A DNA stretch of 5,957 nt from Candidatus Nanopusillus sp. (lineage in GTDB: Archaea > Nanobdellota > Nanobdellia > Nanobdellales > Nanobdellaceae). A program made the translations under genes and the position numbers. A model generated the notes under the pieces. It was given only the letters and a program-made list of their open reading frames with translations, had not been told where the DNA came from and did not search any database. The stretch lies in the NCBI GenBank assembly GCA_046536775.1, contig JAWDMD010000027.1, positions 1 through 5,957 on the forward strand. Reading direction: 5' to 3'. Positions 1 to 5,718 of the stretch are shown here, in pieces (position 1 is the stretch's first letter; each line of letters opens with the position of its first letter).

Positions 1-676
1 TAATTAATAATAGTAAAAAAGATAAGAACCTATATATATTTATTAATTCATAATATGATTCTTTATTAAATGAGAAACCCAATGATTTTATATTAATTAT
101 TAAATAATATACTGCAATAATCGATAATAAAACTCCAAGATATAATCCATAATATGTATAGGTAGTAAGCTTTAGTTGAGATAATCTATCCTTTTTAATC
201 ATTTCTAAATTTCTTATACTTTCTGATAATGTATCTAATAGGTTACTTAAATCCCCACCACTTCTTAAAACATTATTTATATTTGATAAAACTTCAGATA
301 TTTCTAAATTATTTATCCTTTTTGAAGAATCATTTAATGCATCATAGAAAGTTTTACCATATTCCATTTCAGAAATTATATACTTAATTTCCCTATTTAA
401 TCTTTTTCCATAATAATTATTTGATACACTCTTTAAAGCAACTGGCAATGGTTGTCCTATTTTTAAATAATGAGATAGATCTCTTAAAAATAATGGAAAA
501 TTATTTACCATCTCTTCATATTCTAAATATTCTTGAAGATATTTTAATGAATAAATTAAATATAATAATACAATTATTCCAATTTTAACAAATATATTAA
601 TATTTATTGGTAAAAATATGAAAAATATTGAAAAAATAGTTATTAAAGATATATATAATATTTCCTTTTTATTCAT
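1..676 (-). CDS. Partial (3'-truncated by window edge) polytopic membrane protein with a T2SS-F-like domain (PilC/TadC/FlaJ-type platform of type IV pilus/archaellum machinery)
   Basis: Hand translation of the minus strand from ATG 676..674 gives 225 codons with no stop down to position 2: MNKKEILYISLITIFSIFFIFLPININIFVKIGIIVLLLYLIYSLKYLQEYLEYEEMVNNFPLFLRDLSHYLKIGQPLPVALKSVSNNYYGKRLNREIKYIISEMEYGKTFYDALNDSSKRINNLEISEVLSNINNVLRSGGDLSNLLDTLSESIRNLEMIKKDRLSQLKLTTYTYYGLYLGVLLSIIAVYYLIINIKSLGFSFNKESYYELINIYRFLSFLLLLI... It has two N-terminal hydrophobic helices, then a soluble helical domain of about 100 aa with the pattern F-P-x-F-L-R-x-L-x(4)-G-x-P-L-x-x-A-L ... G-x-x-F-x-x-A-L ... G-G-D-L, typical of T2SS-F domains, then further hydrophobic helices. 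It is absent from the ORF track, presumably because no stop codon lies inside the window. Family assignment is by recalled motif pattern only. Confidence 0.55.
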   Translation of the reverse strand, partial: MNKKEILYISLITIFSIFFIFLPININIFVKIGIIVLLYLIYSLKYLQEYLEYEEMVNNFPLFLRDLSHYLKIGQPLPVALKSVSNNYYGKRLNREIKYIISEMEYGKTFYDALNDSSKRINNLEISEVLSNINNVLRSGGDLSNLLDTLSESIRNLEMIKKDRLSQLKLTTYTYYGLYLGVLLSIIAVYYLIINIKSLGFSFNKESYYELINIYRFLSFLLLLI

Positions 677-2959
677 TTATAATTTTCTTATTTTATCCAA
701 TAAAAGCTTTTTCTCCATCCTTGTTACTGTCTCCCTTACCAATTCTATTGCATCAACATTCACTGATATAGAATCTATACCGAGTTTTACTAATAGTTCT
801 GCATAATCTGGTCTAGAACCAGCCTGTCCACATAATGATGTGTATACTCCATATTTTCTACATATTTTTATTACCCTTGATATTAATTTAACAACTGCAG
901 GATGTCCTTCATCCATTAATTTTTGTACCATTTCATTATTCCTATCTACTCCCAATGTTAATTGTGTTAAATCATTTGTTCCGAATGATATAAAATCTAT
1001 ACCGGCATTCTTAATTATATCTTCAATTGTTAATGCGGCAGCAGGTGTTTCTACCATTATTCCAAACTTTATATCCTTTCCAGGTATTAATCCTTCACTT
1101 TTAATTATTTCTTTTGCTCTATATACCTCTTCCCATGATATTACAAATGGTAACATTACCCATAAATTATTTAATCCTTTTTCTTTTACCAATATTTTAA
1201 AAGCTCTTACCTGAGCTCTAAATAATTGTTCCTGATCTAAATCTCTCCTAATACCATGCCATCCCATCATTGGATTTGCTTCCTTTGGTTCCTTTTCTCC
1301 TCCCTCTAAATTTCTATATTCATCAGTCCTCATATCTAATGTCCTAACTATTATTGGTTTTGGATACATAATTCTTAATATTTCTTCTAATCTTTCTACT
1401 AAAATATTTGTAAATTCATCTAACTTATTATTATCTAAATACCATCTTGGATGCTTTCTATTTCTTAATACTAAGAATTCCATCCTTAACAATCCTATAC
1501 CATCTACCAAATCTTTTACTTTACTTACAGTTTCTGGATAATCAGCAATTGCCATAATTTTTGTAGCTGTAATTTCTAATGGAGTAGATTTTACTATTTT
1601 CTTTGCAATTTCCTTCCTAGTTAATTCTCCCAATTTTACCTCTCCTTCATATACAACACCATGTGTTCCATCTACAGTTATAACCATTCCATCTTTCAGT
1701 ATTTTGGTTGCATCTTTTGTTCCAACAACTGCAGGTTTACCAAGTTCTCTTGAAACAATTGCAGCATGCGATAAGTGTCCGCCTTCATCTGTAACTATTG
1801 CAGAAGCCTTTGCCATTAATGGTTCATAATCTGGATTTGTCATTACAGTAACTAATACATCCCCTTCTTCAAATTTATCAAATTCTTCTGGAGATAATAT
1901 TATTTTTACTTTTCCAGTACCAACACCAGGAGATGCAGCAATACCCCTTAATAATATTTTTTCACCTTTTACTTCTAATTCTTCTTTCTTTACTTTCTTA
2001 ATTGTTGTTATATCTCTTGTTTGTACAATATATATATCATTATCATCAATTGCATATTCTATATCCTGTGGTTTTCCATAATGTTGTTCTAATATCTTTC
2101 CATAATTTGCCAATTTCTTTACTTCATCATCAGATAATACTCTAGCATTTTTTAATTCATTTGGAACTTCTACTTCTTTTGTAAATGAATCTGGATCATA
2201 TACTGTCATAACTTTCTTTTCATTTATTTTTACTTCCAATATATTTAATGTATTTTTATCTACAATATATTCATCAGGTATTACTGCTCCAGAAACAATT
2301 GCTTCTCCTAAGCCCCAAGAAGATTCAATTACTATTTTTGATAAGTCATTTTTAATAGGATCTGCAGTGAACATAACACCAGATTTCTTTGAAAATACTT
2401 GTTTTTGTACTACAACACTTAAAGCTATTTTATTTTGGTCAATTCCCATCATTGCCCTATAATTAATTACTCTTGCTGTCCATAAAGATGCCCAACATTT
2501 TTTAACTGCATCCAACAATTTATCCTCACCCCTTACATTTAAATATGTAGCTTGCTGACCTGCAAAAGAGGCATTTGGCAAATCTTCTGTAGTTGCCGAA
2601 GATCTTACGGCAACAAATATTGGTTCATTTCCAAACATACTAGATAATTTTCTATAGTTTTCTAATATTTCGTTCTTTAAATCATCCGGAATATTTCCTT
2701 TTATAAATAATTCTTGTATTTGATTAGCTGCTTTCCTTAATTGAGCTATATTATTTACGTCAATTGATTTTAATATTTCTTCTATTTTATTTCCTATTCC
2801 GTTATATTCTACAAATCTCCAATAGCCATCTATTGTTATTGCAAATCCTGGAGGAACTGGAATATCTATTTTTGTCATTTCTCCCAAATTTGCAGCTTTT
2901 CCACCAACAATATTTCTATCATCTTTAGATAATTCATTAAGCCACTTTATATATACCAT
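677..2959 (-). CDS. ppsA: Phosphoenolpyruvate synthase (pyruvate, water dikinase), 760 aa
   Basis: All three PEP-utilising enzyme domains are present and uninterrupted. The N-terminus MVYIKWLNELSKDDRNIVGGKAANLGEM matches the conserved archaeal PpsA N-terminus. The phosphohistidine motif is TDEGGHLSHAAIVSRELGKPAVVG, with the His codon at 1766..1768. PEP-utilizers signature 2, DFISFGTNDLTQLTLGVDR, is at 941..997. The catalytic Cys in SLCGQAG is at 830..832. The stop is TAA at 677..679. I place the start at ATG 2959..2957 (M30 of the listed ORF), not at 3046. Confidence 0.95.
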   Translation of the reverse strand: MVYIKWLNELSKDDRNIVGGKAANLGEMTKIDIPVPPGFAITIDGYWRFVEYNGIGNKIEEILKSIDVNNIAQLRKAANQIQELFIKGNIPDDLKNEILENYRKLSSMFGNEPIFVAVRSSATTEDLPNASFAGQQATYLNVRGEDKLLDAVKKCWASLWTARVINYRAMMGIDQNKIALSVVVQKQVFSKKSGVMFTADPIKNDLSKIVIESSWGLGEAIVSGAVIPDEYIVDKNTLNILEVKINEKKVMTVYDPDSFTKEVEVPNELKNARVLSDDEVKKLANYGKILEQHYGKPQDIEYAIDDNDIYIVQTRDITTIKKVKKEELEVKGEKILLRGIAASPGVGTGKVKIILSPEEFDKFEEGDVLVTVMTNPDYEPLMAKASAIVTDEGGHLSHAAIVSRELGKPAVVGTKDATKILKDGMVITVDGTHGVVYEGEVKLGELTRKEIAKKIVKSTPLEITATKIMAIADYPETVSKVKDLVDGIGLLRMEFLVLRNRKHPRWYLDNNKLDEFTNILVERLEEILRIMYPKPIIVRTLDMRTDEYRNLEGGEKEPKEANPMMGWHGIRRDLDQEQLFRAQVRAFKILVKEKGLNNLWVMLPFVISWEEVYRAKEIIKSEGLIPGKDIKFGIMVETPAAALTIEDIIKNAGIDFISFGTNDLTQLTLGVDRNNEMVQKLMDEGHPAVVKLISRVIKICRKYGVYTSLCGQAGSRPDYAELLVKLGIDSISVNVDAIELVRETVTRMEKKLLLDKIRKL

Positions 2960-2981
2960 AAAAATTAGAGAAATATTGATC

Positions 2982-2989
2982 TTTATAAA
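2982..2989 (-). promoter_or_regulatory. Candidate archaeal TATA box for ppsA (leaderless-type spacing)
   Basis: The palindromic octamer TTTATAAA is followed by 22 nt and then the ppsA ATG at 2959. That puts the octamer centre about 26 nt upstream of the A of the ATG, as expected for an archaeal TATA box driving a leaderless mRNA. Caveat: the same octamer also occurs inside coding sequence (2700..2707, 3847..3854), so position rather than sequence is the evidence. Confidence 0.45.
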
Positions 2990-3004
2990 AATTAAATAAC
3001 CACC

Positions 3005-3017
3005 AAAAAATGAAAAA
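3005..3017 (-). terminator. Oligo-T termination signal after the glycosyltransferase gene
   Basis: The minus strand reads TAG-TTTTTCATTTTTT immediately after the stop at 3018..3020 (T5 and T6 runs). Archaeal RNA polymerase terminates at oligo-T tracts. No hairpin is required or seen. Confidence 0.4.
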
Positions 3018-4625
3018 CTATGCCGCCGCTGCAGCAATTTTTTCACTTTGAGCTTCTAAATTATTATTATTATATTCTAATTTCGATTCATTATGTATTA
3101 TTTTTTCATATTCCTTTGCAAGATATATTATTTCTGCATATTTCCCTGCAAGCTCTTCTGGATCAACTTCCCTTTCCAGTATCTCTATTGCTTTCTTATT
3201 TACATATTCATCATACTTTCCATTCTTAATTTCTTCAACAATTTTCTTAGTTAGATTAATGAGATCTTCATATGTTCTAAATGCTGTTTGATCATTTAGA
3301 TATCCCTCTTCTTTTAATTCTTTTAATCCATCAACATCTCTATATATTGTTAAAAGTTTTCCAAATATAATAGCTTCTAAAGCAGAGAGACCATATGATT
3401 CTAAATATGTTGGATTAATATATATTGTTGAATTTAATTCTCCGAGTGTTTTTAATAATCCTATATAATATAAAGGATATTCATGCAAAGAATTACCCAA
3501 AGCCTTGCTATATATATGAATTTCCCCTCTTTTATATTTATTTACAATTTCTTCTAATTTTTTATATTCTTTAGTATCTTCTCCAAAATCTGGAGAAACA
3601 ATTATTAATCTTATATCTTCACCTTCTTTAACTAAATCTTCAAACAGCCTTATTATATCATCAATTCCTTTCTCTTTTGATCTTCTCCCTACATAAAGCA
3701 AATTTATCTTATTATCTTTGTTATACAGATTCAGATAATATTTTTTATATTCTTCTATCTCATTTCTATAATACTTATCTAATGTTATCATATATATGGG
3801 CTCATGTAAAACTATTCTTTTCTTAATATTTGATCCGCTAACATTTTTTATAAATCTACTATTAGAATCACTAACAATATATGTAGGAAACATGCTAATT
3901 ACATTTTCTGATTCAGTAAGCTTAGTAAATGTATATATATACTTCTTTACTTCATCTAACCACCAAGAATATTTTTCTCTAAATTCTATGGCTTCTTCAG
4001 TATTAGAATTCGATAAATATTCTATTATATTTATTAATTCTTTTTGATCTCTATCATCCATATAGCCTCTAATTAATTTTCTATTAAGTAATGAATATAT
4101 TTTATTTTTAGGTCTTTCACTTATATTTTTTAATCTAGAATTCATAAATTCCACAAGATTATATAAGAAATTGCTAGGATAGTCAGTATGAAACATTATC
4201 ATATAAGCTCCATTATTAGATAATATTTTATCTAAATCTTCTTTCTTTTCAAAACTATCATTATAAATACCAAAACCAACACTAGTAATAAATTTAAAAT
4301 CTGAACTAGATAACTCATTTAATATATCGTCCAATCCAATTCTTTCAGATATACCATCATAATTTTTATTAGCAAGCCCTATAATTCTCTTTATATCTTT
4401 ATTTTTGTATATTCCATATAATTCATTAAAATCAACTTTAAAATATTCTACTTTACCATAAGGATTATATGTCATTACGTAAAAATCTATTTCAACATCC
4501 CCTAATTTATTTTTAAATAATTCAAGTAATTCATATAATCTTAAAAAAGATAATGAAGCACCAATAGAAAAAGTTTTAACACCCGAATCCCATCTATGAT
4601 CTGATAATACTGCTAATTTTTTCAT
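3018..4625 (-). CDS. GT-B fold glycosyltransferase (GT4/GT5-like, EX7E motif) with enlarged N-terminal half, 535 aa
   Basis: The C-terminal Rossmann domain starts near LLYVGRRSKEKGIDDIIRLFEDL (G313 codon at 3687..3689). The EX7E motif ESYGLSALEAIIFG spans 3375..3401 (E409..E417), followed by YRDVDGLKEL. The N-terminus MKKLAVLSDHRWDSGVKTF...LRLYELL resembles the first beta-alpha unit of GT-B enzymes. The start ATG is at 4625..4623 and the stop TAG at 3018..3020. Acceptor and donor cannot be inferred. Confidence 0.8.
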   Translation of the reverse strand: MKKLAVLSDHRWDSGVKTFSIGASLSFLRLYELLELFKNKLGDVEIDFYVMTYNPYGKVEYFKVDFNELYGIYKNKDIKRIIGLANKNYDGISERIGLDDILNELSSSDFKFITSVGFGIYNDSFEKKEDLDKILSNNGAYMIMFHTDYPSNFLYNLVEFMNSRLKNISERPKNKIYSLLNRKLIRGYMDDRDQKELINIIEYLSNSNTEEAIEFREKYSWWLDEVKKYIYTFTKLTESENVISMFPTYIVSDSNSRFIKNVSGSNIKKRIVLHEPIYMITLDKYYRNEIEEYKKYYLNLYNKDNKINLLYVGRRSKEKGIDDIIRLFEDLVKEGEDIRLIIVSPDFGEDTKEYKKLEEIVNKYKRGEIHIYSKALGNSLHEYPLYYIGLLKTLGELNSTIYINPTYLESYGLSALEAIIFGKLLTIYRDVDGLKELKEEGYLNDQTAFRTYEDLINLTKKIVEEIKNGKYDEYVNKKAIEILEREVDPEELAGKYAEIIYLAKEYEKIIHNESKLEYNNNNLEAQSEKIAAAAA

Positions 4626-4641
4626 TTTTCGGTTTTTTTAA

Positions 4642-5637
4642 CTATGGTGATTGTTGATTTTGTTGCTGATTTTGTTGGAGTTGATTTGGAGGTCTTATTA
4701 CGTGTGGTTGGGGAACTTGTACCAACTGGTTTTGTTGATTTTGTCGTGGTTGGTTGGCTTGTTGTACGGATTGTTGGATATTGGGTTGATTAACTTGCTG
4801 AACTGGCTGAGGAACTGCTGGTTGATTCTGCTGTTGCTTTAATCCTTGTCCTATGTAACTGCCAATTTTTCTATACATTTCATCAAATGTATTATTGTAT
4901 AATCCTATTTGACCCAATTTACCCAATATTAATGCTACTGCTTCTGGAATTTGTAATTTTGAATACATTGAATATATTGATCCTTCTATAGTAGATAAGA
5001 ACGTTTCATTCAATGTAGACATTAATCTAGTTGAAGATTCTAATAACGATATATTTGGAGTCTTAGATATTATATATGATCCTATTTGATTTGTTACCCC
5101 ACTATATGCACCATACAATGTTGAAGCATATTTATCTAGATTTGCCATAATATCTGACTTTGTTACATTCTTTCCTATTGAATTATAATATTGATATAAT
5201 GATTCTGCTAATAATTCTCCAGTTATACTTGTAATATTTTGTGCATTTTCTCTTTCTTGTCTAGTAGCATATTCTCTTTTACCAGTAATTGGATCTGGAT
5301 ATCCTAATTTTTTAAGACCTCTTATATACAATGTTGATAGTAAAGATATATTAGAGAATGTACTGTTTCCAAATATATTTTGTTTATATATATTTCCCAT
5401 ATCCTTATATAAGTGTGAAGGATCAATACCATCTTTAGTAGAATTAATATTAAATCCTTCAATTGTATATCTTAATGATTTATTTACTTTTGGGTCTAAT
5501 TGCATCTCTATTTGTTTTGTAGTAGCTTGTAAAGTATCACTAAGAGAACTTATTACTGCATTGTATACTTGCTGACCTAAACTGGTATCTGTACTTAATT
5601 GGGCAAATGCATTTTTAACAACATCGTCTAACGCCAT
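4642..5637 (-). CDS. Hypothetical protein, 331 aa: S/T/N-rich body of about 263 aa plus a 68-aa Q/N/P-rich C-terminal tail
   Basis: An uninterrupted 996-nt ORF in a very AT-rich sequence, where stop codons are frequent by chance. A TATA-like octamer lies 21 nt upstream of the ATG (5637..5635). The AT3-rich codon usage matches the neighbouring genes. There is no Cys or Trp, no obvious signal peptide, class III pilin signal or TM helix, and no family motif that I recognise. The stop is TAG at 4642..4644. Confidence 0.75.
   Translation of the reverse strand: MALDDVVKNAFAQLSTDTSLGQQVYNAVISSLSDTLQATTKQIEMQLDPKVNKSLRYTIEGFNINSTKDGIDPSHLYKDMGNIYKQNIFGNSTFSNISLLSTLYIRGLKKLGYPDPITGKREYATRQERENAQNITSITGELLAESLYQYYNSIGKNVTKSDIMANLDKYASTLYGAYSGVTNQIGSYIISKTPNISLLESSTRLMSTLNETFLSTIEGSIYSMYSKLQIPEAVALILGKLGQIGLYNNTFDEMYRKIGSYIGQGLKQQQNQPAVPQPVQQVNQPNIQQSVQQANQPRQNQQNQLVQVPQPHVIRPPNQLQQNQQQNQQSP
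4645..4848 (-). repeat. Coding low-complexity region (CAA/CAG/AAT/CCN-rich), degenerate Q-Q-x-N-Q-P-type repeats
   Basis: It encodes QGLKQQQNQPAVPQPVQQVNQPNIQQSVQQANQPRQNQQNQLVQVPQPHVIRPPNQLQQNQQQNQQSP. By hand count this is 28 Q, 9 N and 10 P in 68 residues. The plus strand is visibly G+T-skewed here (ttgttg, gattttgttg motifs). A near-perfect tandem 12-mer lies at 4654..4677. Confidence 0.85.
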
Positions 5638-5658
5638 AGTATATATATCTACATAAGT

Positions 5659-5666
5659 TTTATAAA
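5659..5666 (-). promoter_or_regulatory. Candidate archaeal TATA box for the orphan-protein/glycosyltransferase unit (leaderless-type spacing)
   Basis: TTTATAAA is followed by 21 nt and then the ATG at 5637. This is the same octamer, at nearly the same spacing, as upstream of ppsA. A purine-rich stretch (GAAAGG) lies immediately upstream, where a BRE would sit. Confidence 0.45.
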
Positions 5667-5701
5667 CCTTTCATTACCTATATTAACTTACATATAACAT
5701 T

Positions 5702-5708
5702 AAAAAAA
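5702..5708 (-). terminator. Oligo-T (T7) termination signal after rpl7ae
   Basis: The minus strand reads TAA-TCTTTATAAA-TTTTTTT, starting 10 nt after the rpl7ae stop codon. This is the longest T-run in the spacer. Confidence 0.4.
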
Positions 5709-5718
5709 TTTATAAAGA

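Noticed and set aside
618-806. Plus-strand ORF of 62 aa spanning the ppsA/T2SS-F gene junction.
   Set aside because: It is antisense to two well-supported minus-strand genes. Its I/F/L/S/N-rich composition is typical of shadow frames in AT-rich DNA, and it has no motif or promoter context.
840-1214. Plus-strand ORF of 124 aa.
   Set aside because: It lies entirely antisense to the most conserved part of ppsA (the PEP-binding TIM barrel). It is a shadow ORF with low-complexity hydrophobic composition.
2700-2707. Additional TTTATAAA octamers inside coding sequence (2700..2707 in ppsA, 3847..3854 in the glycosyltransferase), as possible internal promoters.
   Set aside because: No ATG-initiated ORF lies at the appropriate spacing of about 22 nt on either strand. 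The octamer is expected to recur by chance in DNA this AT-rich. This is also why confidence in the intergenic promoter calls is only moderate.
677-2959. Possible intein in PEP synthase, as known for the Methanocaldococcus jannaschii enzyme.
   Set aside because: The length (760 aa) is that of an intein-free PpsA. The catalytic motifs are contiguous, with no inserted block carrying Cys/Ser...His-Asn splice junctions.
3028-3035. An 8-bp perfect palindrome GCTGCAGC (containing a PstI site) near the glycosyltransferase stop, as a possible hairpin or protein-binding site.
   Set aside because: It has no loop and is too short for a stable hairpin. It is fully explained as consecutive Ala codons (GCT GCA GC.) in the coding frame.
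2960-3046. A 29-codon N-terminal extension of the ppsA ORF (MKKLLQRRHSFSFFGGYLIFIKINISLIF) overlaps the 3' end of the glycosyltransferase gene.
   Set aside because: The extension has no counterpart in PpsA proteins, whereas M30 (MVYIKWLNELS...) aligns with the conserved PpsA N-terminus. The extension would also span the T-run terminator and the TATA-like element. It is best explained as a fortuitously open upstream frame.
3020-3229. Plus-strand ORF of 69 aa antisense to the glycosyltransferase 3' end.
   Set aside because: It is a shadow frame (L/F/H/Y-rich) that starts inside the Ala-codon GC island, with no independent expression signals.
3796-4047. Plus-strand ORF of 83 aa antisense to the glycosyltransferase.
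   Set aside because: It is a shadow ORF with no recognisable motif. The nearby TTTATAAA at 3847..3854 lies inside the ORF rather than upstream of it.
4651-4842. Plus-strand ORF of 63 aa, extremely Leu-rich (MLILLLILLELIW...), which could be mistaken for a small membrane peptide.
   Set aside because: It is the exact antisense reading of the CAA/CAG Q-tract (TTG/CTG = Leu). It is a composition artefact of the Q-rich tail on the opposite strand.
5638-5718. C/D-box sRNA or L7Ae-binding K-turn element next to rpl7ae.
   Set aside because: I scanned both strands of the spacer by eye and found no RUGAUGA (box C) paired with CUGA (box D), and no GA-GA tandem sheared-pair context. The spacer is better explained by terminator and promoter elements.
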